A DNA stretch of 64,000 nt from positions 4,712,001-4,776,000 of the forward strand of contig CM022665.1 of NCBI GenBank assembly GCA_012295275.1, read 5' to 3'. The position numbers and the translations under genes are program-made. This DNA is from Chrysomallon squamiferum (Eukaryota; Animalia; Mollusca). Positions 1-11,806 of this stretch are shown here, in pieces. Each line of letters starts with the position of its first letter. The first letter of the stretch is position 1. The notes below the pieces were generated by a model. That model worked only from the letters and a program-made list of their open reading frames with translations, was not told the DNA's origin and ran no database searches.

Positions 1-121
1 GTAGTGGTAATAGTAAAGAAAGGAACATAAGTTTTATTAAACGCCGTACTAAACCTTTTTTTATTTTATGTTTTATTTATTTATTTATTTTTTATTTATT
101 TTTTTATTTACTTATTTATTA

Positions 122-155
<34 letters not shown>

Positions 156-1166
156 TTATTATTCTTGTTTTACCTTAAATATTTGATATATTGCAGTATT
201 ATCCAAATGTTTGTTCTGTACATTATGTCATGATATAACATCAGCATTCGGGATACTACCAATATTTCCAGGGGATTTCAGTTTGTTACGGTTTAAAATG
301 CATGATCTGTACTACTACGACATTATGTTTGTATGACTGTATCGGTAACATGATCATCTATAACACGATATCATATCATACTGCATTAACACAGCATCTA
401 CTTATCATCACAATGATAAGTTTTACACTTTGTCGCTAATTTAAATGAATTTAAATATACCATTTTATAATAGTATGAGGTAACTGACTACATTATCAAT
501 TTTAAACACAGAAAAAAAAATACGAAATAAACAAAAAATAAAACTTTAGTGGGTTTCTTTTATATTTCTTTAATATTGTAATAGTAATAATAGTCGTTGT
601 GTTAGCCGTAGCATTAACAGTAATGTTATTAGATAATTTTTAATAGTAGTAGTAGCAATAGCCGTGGTAGTAGCAGTAGCGGTAGTAGTAGTAGTAGTAG
701 TAGTAAAAAAGGAAGATATATTTTACTGAAACCAGGACTAAATTTTTTTCATTTCTTTTTTCTTTTTCTTATTACTTTAAATCTATGATATATTGTCTTA
801 CATACGTAGCACAAATCAATAATAATAATCAAACAAACAAAATAAAATAAAAATTGGCAATTTATTTGCTAACATTATCATCGTCGATGTTTTGTTGTTG
901 TTTTTTGAAATTTTAATCTTTTTAACAGTTCTAAGCTACCATAGAATTATTAGTTATTATTTCGTTTTATACTGAGAAATCGGGATATTGTTTATTTATT
1001 TCTCAGATTGTTGCTGTTGCTGTTTACTACTGTCCATTATTAGTATTATTTAAAAGTAAAAGAAATAATTTATTTATATGGCAAATTCAAGACAGCTGTC
1101 AGATAAATGCTTAATACTAAACATTATTTAAAAAGAATGGAACCAAAACCTGATTCCCATTTATAC

Positions 1167-1310
1167 CTCGCTTTCCCTTAACTGCTGTGTCGCTATTTTC
1201 CCGGCTCTTCTTGCAACCTCTCTGACTCGTCTCCAAGAAGTAAACCAAGCGTCGCTCTGATTTAGAACAACGAACAGAACCATTAGCACAAGAATAAAAG
1301 CAATTCTTAT
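1167..1310 (-). pseudogene. Pseudo-exon of the cationic peptide family (copy A)
   Basis: Homologous to 8044-7867, but the start codon is ATA (cag|ATAAGAATTGCT). The peptide is shortened (WFTSWRRVREVARRAGKIATQQ), the GGAAAGCGAG (GKR) end is out of frame, and no neighbouring EF-hand exons or exon 1 are seen. Confidence 0.8.
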
Positions 1311-2038
1311 CTGAATAAAAAATAGACAAAACATTAGACCAAAAAATCTAAACACAAGACATCAACGATGACAATGTTAGCAAATAAATTTATATTTTTA
1401 TTTTATTTTATTTTATTTTATTTATTCATTTATTATTATTATAATTATCTCTTTTTTTTTTTTTTTTTTAACTCGAAAAACAATTTAATCAAACATATGA
1501 TCTGTCTGAATCGGAAAATTAACCAATACATCGTGGATTTTAAGATGTGAGTAGAAACATTAACGATTCAAAAACAAAAAGAGAAAAAATGTATATATAT
1601 AACTTTATTGAATTGAGAACTATTCGATTAATTTAATAGTCTCATGAAAGCAACTTAGACAACATCCTGTCCTTTTAACCGACTTCATCTTTTAAAACAC
1701 TTAAAAACTAAAAGAGAACAAAAATGATATTCGTATCCATATGTAAACAAGAATTTTTTTTCATATCAGTCTTAATGGAAATAATTACTTTTTTCTTAAT
1801 ATTTTTTTTTTTAGCTTGATGTGTTTTTTACATAGCATTTTAAACTATTTTTAGGAACGGCAAGATGACATTCTATTTGTGTGACTGTACCGGTAACATG
1901 ATCCAACCTATAACACGTTGGCAGAAAATTAATTTGTAACAGATTCAACCAACATCCGGTTAACTGATTGCTGATGGCACATTTTATATACATATCAGTT
2001 AACGTTGCATCACATTGAATTAACAAGCATCTACCCAT

Positions 2039-2125
2039 CGGTGTCGGCCCGGGAAGTCGACAAATCTATTTTGTTTAGTACCGCGACGTAGAATAATAAA
2101 AGTACCGGGACGTAGACATTTCTAA
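2039..2125 (+). mobile_element. Isolated terminal fragment related to the MULE-like element end
   Basis: ggtgtcggcccgggaagtcgacaaatctattttgtttagtaccg resembles the reverse complement of 9440-9484 (ggtgtcggcccgggacgttgaaaatcctattttgtgtagtaccg). Confidence 0.62.
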
Positions 2126-3569
2126 TTGTTTCTAAGTTCTGCGCTGCAGTAATGAGACGCCTTTGTTTGTTAACTACGAGATGAGAACCCTGACGCAGAC
2201 TGTTATGTGATTTCTGTCCTGGGTAGAATTTGTAATTAGGCTTCCATTAACTGAGTAGGAACCTGTGTGTTTTTGTTTTTTGTTTATTTGCTCGTATTAT
2301 GCTCTACCAATTTATTGTTTTTGGGTAGTAAATTTATCTTTCTCTTATACTGAGCAGGCACTTGTACACTGGTTCTAGTAATTTTGCCGAGGGGGGCTGG
2401 TTTAATTAGGGCAGTTACAGATTGGGAACCTTGGCTCTTCCCCACTCTCTGATTAAAAAGACCAGAAAGGGTATAAGCAGCTAGTCATGTATACCAGGTT
2501 TCCATTGACGAGTCACATACTCTACCATGAGAGCAGTCAGTATGTGTCCAGAGGGTCCTGGGTTATTAGTTTTATTCAACATCGTTCAGGACTTTTATCC
2601 AACAATAAAATGGGTTTCGGGGTATTCATGTAAATGTAAATAATTGTACATCGTGAAAGATCTCACTTGTACACAGAAATAATCTATTTATTTGACAACT
2701 AATATTATTTTCGAATATTTTTTTTTTAATTTATTTATTTATTTGTTTTGAGTGAGGAGTTGTTTTGTTTGTTTGCTTGTAATTTATCCAAAAATAAATA
2801 ACATAAAGATCATGCATTTCTTTTAATTAATCTTTTTTTCTTTTCGAAGAAAATGTAAACTGAGAAATAAATAAAATTATACAATCTTAAGAATGTGTTG
2901 TGCTAAGAAAGTATCATAGACATGAACAATCGCAAGACTCTTATAAAACTGTCAGCGCTAATTCTGAACTCTGACTATAACAGTACTAGAACAATTGTAG
3001 TTATCCAGTTCTAGATTGAACGCTTACATTCAGGATATAGCGACAGTTCTCCGGAAAAGAAAAGAAAAGAAAAGAAAAAAAGAAAAAGAAAAACAAATCT
3101 CCGTTCTTTTATTGAAAAAGAAAAGGGACTCGGTTCGAACCTTACCGCTGGCCCTCTGCAGTCTTTAGAAAAATAAACTTTCTTCTTGAATTGTCTTTTG
3201 CTCAAATCGTTCACATTAATTAGTGATTTGGGAGCACTACGGGTCCAAAAATACTCGTACGATGATGTTCAAACTAGATCTATCATAAATCTTTCTGAAC
3301 ACGTGGGATACTGAAATCACTTCCCCTCTTTTCAAAGTTGCACCTGCGGTATTTATTATTCTAACACTTTATTAAACTATTTTTGTTATCCTGGAATGAA
3401 GAGTTGTAATCTGGTTTAATAAATGTGACTTATTTAGTTTCTGTAGCTTCGAAATACACAAACACTTATTGCATGCACAGACATATACATACATATAGAG
3501 ATATATACACACATTCATATGCACTCTAGATACACACAATAAAATTAAACAAACCCTTTTCAGTGTCAT

Positions 3570-4050
3570 ACTTTTATTTGTTTCTTAATAAATGTCTTCA
3601 TGGTCCTTCAAGTTGGAACCTGATGAAAAAGAAAACGAAATAAAAGAAAGGAATAATAATTTGAGAATCTTTAAAATTTTCTTTTTATGCTATACACGTA
3701 CTTGTTACACTACAACCAGTCTTGAGTTACAATGGAGAAGAAGAAGATCATCATCATCATGAGAAAAAGATAAAACAAAAACAAACTTCTGGACAATAAA
3801 ATTTACTGCCACTTAAATGAGAGGTTTCATTAACTTTTAAATAATAATAATAATAATAAACACCTCCGAAGGGTAAAGAAAAAAAATAATTATAAATAAA
3901 TAAATAAATCTATAAATAAATAAATAAAGTAACATGCGACAACCGTATGATAAGTTACAACTGAAATACCGAAAAAGACTTACTTTTATTTATTTTCATT
4001 CATTTCTCTGATCATTCGCTCAAAATCCTGATTTCTGATCTTGGAACTTC
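3570..4050 (-). pseudogene. Orphan duplicate of the last coding exon and 3'UTR exon of the peptide gene (copy B); remnant or alternative terminal exons
   Basis: Exon 4050-3984 encodes GSSKIRNQDFERMIREMNENK* with an intact cag acceptor and gtaagt donor. The UTR exon starts at 3619 and has AATAAA at about 3573-3578. The upstream exons are replaced by transposon sequence from 4204. Confidence 0.78.
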
Positions 4051-4073
4051 CTGTCAACAAAAATCATTCAACT

Positions 4074-4140
<67 letters not shown>

Positions 4141-4203
4141 GGTATTTTACTGAGAGAAAGAAAGAGAGAGTCCATCAAAACAATAATAATGTTAGTCCAC
4201 ACT

Positions 4204-5730
4204 GTTTAGGATACAATTAAACAGTGGAGCATGTGGTGATCGGGGGCCTACATTAGGTATATTCGGCTGCCACAAGAAATCTAATTTCTTTATGTCATAT
4301 TTAAATAATTAAATTGCTGATTGTAGGGAAGCATGAAGTGTGGATAACTGGATCTTCCAATGTCCACAGGGCAAGAATCCAGGAACGGGAAGAGCCACAT
4401 GGAGGCAACCTAGGTTTGCAACAAGCAGGTATCGAGGTAAAATGGTATGGTAACAGGGTATTGCTATGGATACAGCTAGACAGTTTCATTTCAGAAACCT
4501 AATGCTATCATTTTACAGCTGGGTTCGAATGTCATGGTAAGGACGAAGTCCAGGCAGCTGATTCAGAACATCAGTTGTTCTGCCCTACGACTGAGAGAAA
4601 CGATCACCTCTCTGAGGATCGTACGGTCAGTTATGCTGCCTCGCCTCTATTGGCATGGGGCTGAACAATCAAAGCAGGTAGACAAGAAAGAGTGAACAGC
4701 GAGCAAAATCACGGGTTCTTGTAGAGGGAGGAGCAGTCATTGGGCACTCCGCAGTTCGAGTGGGAGATATTGAGTTTTGTTCAGAACTGATCGGATGCAC
4801 TGGTCATTCAAGGGAAATGCATTGCACCTGGAAGGAATGCAGAAAGCAGAGGAAGTGTCGTTTTCGGGTGGAGGCCAGTTGTTTCTATGAGGTAAGTGGA
4901 TGGATGGAGTAGATATAGATTCACTCCGGTGGCGGGACCCCCGCGAGACAGCTATAGAGCTAAGGTTCATCTGGACCAGGGTTAGGTTCCATCTACTGAA
5001 CTGTAGGGGAACACCTTGTTACAAAAGGATTCACATGTGTCTTCCGGGCCGAAGGGGAGTGGGTCAGCCGCAAAAATATAAATTTAGTATTCATAATACT
5101 ACTCTCGAGTTTTTTCTGTTTTGCAGCGTTTAACAGAAACAGAATCGGGTCAACCAGAGCATGAAGAGCCAGATCGACAAGATGCCACCATCATCGGCAT
5201 GACGAGCAAGGAAAGCCGATTGAAGAAAAATGAACATTTAATTTTGTTATAATTCAAGTAATTTAACGGGGTCAGGTAATATAATTTGTCGCACTGATGG
5301 CGGGACAGCTGGGAAACAGCTACAGAGTTAACGTTCATCTGCCCCAGGGTCAGGTTCCACCTACTGAACTGTAAGGAAACACCTTGTTATCAAAGGATTC
5401 ACTGCCAGAAGGGTTACGAATTATCGAAGGGGAAGTTAAGATAATCCAGATATACTTGATCTTCGGATCCGAAGACGAGTTACGCCGACCTAGTAATGTT
5501 GCGGAGGGGGGCTGGTTTAATTAGGGCAGTTACAGACTGGAAACCTTGGCTCTTCCCCACTCTCTGATTAAAAAGACAAGAAAGGGTATAAGCAGCTAAT
5601 CATGTATACCAGGTTGGCACTGACGAGTCACATACTCTACCATGAGAGCAATCATATGTGTCCAAAGGGTCCTTGGTTATTAGTTTTATTCAACATCGGT
5701 CAGGACTTTTATCCAACAATAAAATGGGTT
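4204..5730 (+). mobile_element. Degenerate tyrosine-recombinase retrotransposon (Ngaro/DIRS-like) 3' remnant
   Basis: About 4214-4270 reads TIKQWSMW*SG/AYIRYIRL, resembling the GRWxSxAYxxYIR C-terminus of the recombinase. It is followed by a disrupted SGNH-hydrolase-like frame (VWITGSSNVHRA...GGNLGLQQAGIEVKWYG...ILQLGSN...VMLPRLYWHGA). A ~105-bp direct repeat lies at about 4929-5034 and 5298-5402. GC is higher than the flanks, and the right boundary is approximate. Confidence 0.68.
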
Positions 5731-6977
5731 TGGGAGTATTCATGTAAATGTAAATAATTGTATATCATGAAAGATCTGACTTGTACATAGAAATAATTTA
5801 TTTATTTGACAACTAATATTATTTTCGAATAATTTTTTTGTTTTAATTTATTTATTTATTTATTTATTTTGAGTAAGGAGTTGTTTTGTTTGTTTGCTTG
5901 TAATTTATCCAAAAAAGAAATCTTTATAACCAAAATGTTCATAAATAACATAAAGATCATACATTTCTTTTAATTAATTTTTATTTTATTTTTTTTTCGA
6001 AAAAAATATAAACTGAGAAATAAATAAAATTATTCAATCTTAAGAATGTGTTGTGCTAAGAAAGTATCATAGACATAAACAATCGCAAGACTCTTATAAA
6101 ACTGTCTTTTAAAATCTCCGTTCTTTTATTGAAAAAGAAAAGTGACTCGGTTCGAACCTTACCGCTAGCCCTCTGCAGTCTTTAGTTAAATAAACTTTTT
6201 TCTTGAATTGTCTTTTTCTCAAATCGTTCACATTAATTAACGATTTGGTAGCACTGCTGGTCCAAAAATACTCGTACGATGATGTTCAAACTAGATATGT
6301 CATAAATCTTTCTGAACACCCGGGATACTGAAATCACTTCCCCTCTTTTCAAAGAAAGCACCTGCACTATTTGTTATTTCTACACTTTATTAAACTATTT
6401 TTGGTATATTGGAATGAAGAGTTTTAATCTACTGTAATAAATCTGTCTTATTTAGTTTCTAGAGCTTCGAAGTACACAAACAGTTATGCAGAAACACATA
6501 TATGCTTACACAGATACATACTTCCATACATACTGTAGATACACTGAACAAACAAACAAAACCTCTGGACTTTATCGATTTTATTTAAATCTTAATAAAT
6601 GTCTTCATGGTTCTTCAGGTGTATCCTGATAAAAAAGAAAACGAAATTAAAAGAAAGGAATAATCATTTGATAATCTTTAAAATGTTCTTTTATGTTATA
6701 TATAAAACATAAAAGAACAATTTATATATATATATATTTGTTACGCTGCAACCAGTGTTGAGTTAAAACGGAGGAAATAAAGAAGAAGAAGATGATAAAA
6801 AGATAAAATAAAAATTAGTGGAAAATAACTTTTAAATAATAATAATAATAATAATAATCACCTCCGAAAAGTAAAGAAAGATAATAACTAAATAACTAAA
6901 TAAATAAATAAACAGATAAAATAACATACGACAACCGTATGATAAGTTACAACTGAAATACCGAAAAAGACTTACTT

Positions 6978-7065
6978 TTATTCATTTTCATTCAGTTCTC
7001 TGACCATCCGCTCGAAATCCTGATTTCTGATCTTGGAACTTCCTGTCAACAAAAATCATTCAACT

Positions 7066-7100
<35 letters not shown>

Positions 7101-8044
7101 TAATAATAATAATAATAATAACAATAACAGTAATAATAATAATAAATGGTATTATACTGAGAGAAAGAGAGAGAGAGAGTCCATCAAAACAATAATAATG
7201 TTAGTCCACACTTTTTATAATTTAAAAAATTTCTTTTTAAACATACTTTTCATTCAACCCAGATATTGAATCTCAGCATTTTAAACAATTTCATTCTGAT
7301 CTGTTAACATTACTGTTATCTAGATTTTAAGATGACTTACCATCCTCGCTAAGAAGTTCGAGAAAATTCTCAGCGTCTCGTCGACTCATTATTTGTTCAA
7401 GTTCTTGTTGGTCCACGATTCCGTCCATGTTGGTGTCGATCTCCGAAACGTCTTAAATAAATTTGTTCATTTAAACTCACAGATAAAGTCACTGAATTAA
7501 GCACATTACAATTTAGTGTAAGCAACATTACAGTAATTGAACTTTGTTCTAAACTGTGTTAAGATATCATATATACCCACACATACGTACCTAAGTTAAA
7601 AATAATAATTTTAAAAGGATTCTTTTTTATTATTTCTAAAATGTAAACTATAATTTTGTGAAAAGTATTAATTTAAAAAATATAATTCTTTCTCCCTTTT
7701 TATTCAGAAAATATATAAATGGATCTAGAAGTTTTAAACTTCGTAACCTCATGTTACCATCTTAAAGAGGTTTTCAAGACACAACAGTCTTTCAAAATCC
7801 AGCTGTCACATAAATGCTAAACATTATTTAACAAGAGTGGAACAAATTCATAATTCTCATTCATACCTCGCTTTCCGGCACCTAGTAACACTAACCCTTT
7901 CCCTATAGCCCACTTTGCAGCAGCACGTTTAACAAAATCTCTCACTCGTCTCCAGCGAATTCTGATACGAAATCTTGGCCAAGCGTCGCCCTGATTTAGA
8001 ACAGCGAACACTAGCACCAGTACAAGGAGAATAGCAAATCTCAT
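6978..8044 (-). CDS. Intact secreted precursor (copy C), 117 aa: signal peptide + cationic Arg/Trp-rich peptide (G-KR amidation/cleavage site) + acidic EF-hand-pair propiece; putative antimicrobial peptide precursor
   Basis: Hand-spliced coding exons are 8044-7867 (MRFAILLVLVLVFAVLNQGDA-WPRFRIRIRWRRVRDFVKRAAAKWAIGKGLVLLGA-GKR), 7451-7341 (DVSEIDTNMDGIVDQQELEQIMSRRDAENFLELLSED) and 7042-6978 (GSSKIRNQDFERMVRELNENE*). All introns are GT-AG and phases match (1-1). A noncoding exon 1 ends at 9530 (aag|gtaagt). A 3'UTR exon starts at 6625, with AATAAA at about 6580-6585. Function is inferred. Confidence 0.88.
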
Positions 8045-8255
8045 CTGTAGAAAAAATAGACAAAAGATTTGACAAAAATAAATAATAATAAATAAATAAA
8101 TACATAAATAAATAATAAAAAAAAAAAGATAATAATAAAAAACCCAAAACATAAAAAAAATAATAAAATAAATTTAAAAATATAATAATAGCACATAACT
8201 GGCCCATGTTTTATTTATTTTTATTATTTTTTTTATTATTATTTTTTTTTATTAT

Positions 8256-8289
<34 letters not shown>

Positions 8290-8409
8290 CTTTTTTTTTC
8301 AGATATTTAGCTGGAAATGAAAATAAAAAAATGAAAATGGGAGAAACAGAATTTAATCAAACAAATGATCTCTCTGAATCGGAAGATTAACCACTACATC
8401 GTGGATTTG

Positions 8410-9484
8410 TGCTACATGTCTGTAACGTTGTGGCTGATCAACTTGTCTTTCAGAGACTGGATTCAGGCTCCGAAAGCGCGGTGGTTTCGTTTTCGTTTTA
8501 GTTTGACTTACATTGTAGACTGCTCACGTCTCAATAGACCTATCACATCAAATACGTTCGGATGACTCTTCTCGGCGATTTGATTGATTTCATGGCGCCA
8601 TCCTTCCAAGTGGTTATTTGTTCAGTGACCGTCATTGCCAAAGTGTTTCTACATTTCTCGAGTCCATGGCCCTTTTATCCAGGTGTTAGTGACGTAGTCT
8701 ATCAGCAGTGTTACCTTTTCATTCTGGGGACTGTCGGCAACTGTGTCAAAACATCCTCAACTTTGTTCAGCGGGATCATCGGAAGGGCTGAATCACGTCT
8801 TACCACCCTTTGTACATCATTGTTTTCAGTATAATTTGAAGCAATCCTACTTTTTGCCTACGGCGCCAAATACACTGAGTGTCTTCGAAGAAAACAGCCT
8901 CTCAGTCGTGTAGTGAGGAATACAGTGCGTACAGCGTTGTGAGCAGATCTCTCAAAGTCCATCTGAAACGTCGTAGGAGCGAAATGAAATCCTAGGGCAT
9001 GGCAAATCTCTTGGATGTACTGGAAATTATGTACGTGTCTTCTGTGCAGTTGGGGAGATGAGAAAACACAAGGGGAAATATATGTCCTTGATATATCAAA
9101 AAGCTCGAGTGCTGAGGAAAATGTCCCATATGAAAATACCACATGAACCTCACACAACAACTCACTCGAACCTATTCAGCTGCCATTATTTTAAATCTCA
9201 AAGAGTTTCCCATGCAAAACTTTACATAGATTAAACAGGAAAAATGTACAGTGCTGAATCAGACACATATAAAAATACTACATTTAAAATAATAGAGACA
9301 AATACGAGCGAAATAAAACAAAAGTGAGGAGACAAAGAAAAATTAACAATAAAAGAAAAGAAAATACACACACGCAAGCATCCGCTCAACTGCTACAATT
9401 ATTTCCTTCTGCTTCCCGGGACATTCATAATTCGGCAAACCGGTACTACACAAAATAGGATTTTCAACGTCCCGGGCCGACACC
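8410..9484 (-). mobile_element. Mutator-like (MULE) DNA transposon remnant in intron 1 of copy C
   Basis: A disrupted frame contains FQMDFERSAHNAVRTVFLTTRLRGCF, like the MULE transposase DFExA...GCxFH motif. One terminus is ...cccgggccgacacc at 9484. The segment is absent from the orthologous intron of copy D. Confidence 0.75.
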
Positions 9485-9529
9485 AACAATAGCACAGAGA
9501 TGAGAATAAATAAAAGCTTTATGACTTAC

Positions 9530-9600
9530 CTTTGAGCTGTAAACTGATTACTCGAAGAAGAAATGAATAAAATTGCTATCGAACTCAGTTACTTTATATC
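9530..9600 (-). promoter_or_regulatory. TATA box and short noncoding exon 1 of copy C
   Basis: Minus-strand GATATAAAG at about 9600-9592 is followed by a short exon ending aag|gtaagt at 9530. The same arrangement occurs at copy D. Confidence 0.7.
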
Positions 9601-11032
9601 CAACTGGTGTTTTTATTTTCACTTAGATCAGAAATAAAATGTGAGATCTTATTAATGCGATGATACCTATATCCTGTTAATGCAATATGTTGCCGAAGTG
9701 AAGTGACCCGATAGTGAAAACAAATTAAAACAAAAATCCTGACCCTTCGATTCTGAACGAGACGTTATGACAATAGAGGATGGAAAGTTCTCAACATTTT
9801 GTTTTAATAAATTAGAAACTGTGATTATTTTGGTGGGTTGTAGAGTATAGTTTTTATTTATTTAACTAGTTCGACTGTTGTTATTTTATTATTATTTTTT
9901 TTTTTTTATAGCAATAAATCTGTGCTAAGAAACGAAGATAAATAGAAAATGGCATTTCTGTCTCTATTTTTTTTTTTTTTAACTGAAAGGTATTCTATTA
10001 ATTTATTGACATACAGCATACATTCATTTTTTTTTTTTTTTTTTTTTTATTTTATTTTTATTTTTATTTTTTTTATTTATTGAAATTATAACATGAAAGC
10101 AATTTAGACGGAATCCTGACCTGTTAACTCACTTTATCTTTTAAAGCACTTAAAAACTAAACGAGAATAAAAGTGATATTCGTATCGATATGAAAACAAG
10201 CACGTTTGTCATATTAATTTTTATGGAAATAATTACTTCTTTTAACCAGATGTGCTTGTTATACAGCACTTTTACTTATTTTTGTGAAGGGAAAGATAAC
10301 ATCATATTTGTGTGACTGTACCGGTAACATGTTCCAACATATAACACGTTTGCAGAAAATTAATGTGTAACAGATTCAACCAACATCCGGTTAACGTATT
10401 GTTGATGTATGCATATATATGTTAATTAACGTTGCAGCATATTGCATTATCACAGGATCTACCCACCATCACACTGTAAAGTTTTCAAACTTTATCGCTG
10501 GCTTAAGTGAACTTAAATATACAAAGTTATAATAGTATAAGGTAACTGGTGACATTTAGTTGTTTTCTTTCTTTTTTCTTTTTTTTTTTTTTTTTTTTTT
10601 TTTTTGGGGGGGGTCTTTCATTTAGTTATAATAGTAGATATGTTAGCCGTTATCATAGCAGTAGTGTTAGTAGATAGTTTTTAGTAGTAGTAGTAGTAGT
10701 AGTAGTATCAACATTAGTAGTGGTAGTAGTAAAGTAAAGCAGTATGTTTTATTGAACGCCATACTAATCCTTTTTTATTTTATTTTATTTTATATTTTCA
10801 TTTTTTCTTTAAATCTGCGATATATTGCCTCTTACACGTAGCACAAACCAAACACACTGCAATCATGTTTCGTGCGACAGCATCAGTGTATAGTACGTGT
10901 GCGTTTTATGTATATATGTATGGATGGACTTTATGGATCAAAAGTACCATTTTGTAAGCGTATGTTTCTCAGCTTTACAGAATTTTGAACCAATAGCACA
11001 AATGAGAAAATAAAGCGTCAACGAGAATCTGA

Positions 11033-11066
<34 letters not shown>

Positions 11067-11433
11067 GGAAGATTGTTAAGAATATCAAAAACTGAATAAT
11101 AATAATAATAAGAATAAGAAGAAGAAGAAGAATGTTTAGTACTTATCTGAAGGACGCATTATGGATAATTAATTTCGGTATCAATCGTATATCAGGATAG
11201 CACGATAATCACGTACATACAAATCATGATGAAGTATGTTGTCTGTACTGAAATCACATTGTCTATACTATCCTTTGTGATTTCAAATGTTGCAGCAATA
11301 TTAACAACTAAACAAATATAAGATTAAAATAAAAAAATATTTTCAAGAGAATTTTATTATAATTTTTCATCAAATACTAATACACATTTATTACAGCTTT
11401 TGCTGCTATTATTACTACTGCTAGAACTGCTAC

Positions 11434-11472
<39 letters not shown>

Positions 11473-11773
11473 TTATTATTATTATTAAAAACAAGGATGA
11501 CCATGTTCCAATTATTATTTCGTGTTTTTTCTGCTTTCCCTGTGGGAAACTGGGATATTGTTTATTTATTTCTAATATTTTTGTTTAAATTATTTATCTG
11601 TCATATTGTTGATGTTGCTGTTGGTGTTGTTGTTGCTGTTTATTATTGTGCGTTATTATTATTTAAAAGTAAAAGAAATAATTTATTTATATGCCAACTA
11701 ATTGTATTTTCGAATACTAATTTATTTTTTGTTATTATTTAATTTTTTCTCTTCTTTTTTGTGATAGTGTGTG

Positions 11774-11806
<33 letters not shown>

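Larger units (their letters stand above)
2389..7213. repeat. Direct segmental duplication: about 2389-4203 vs about 5503-7213
   Basis: Near-identical by eye from gaggggggctggtttaattagggcagttacaga through ...aataataatgttagtccacac. It includes the last two exons of the peptide gene. A more diverged third copy lies at about 11700-13700. Confidence 0.9.

Noticed and set aside
7817-8152. ORF-track proteins 7817-8152, 14411-14677 and 1161-1355 as single-exon genes
   Set aside because: Their ends are translated intron (polypyrimidine tract before cag|ATG; read-through past G|gtatga). Only the central exon is real.
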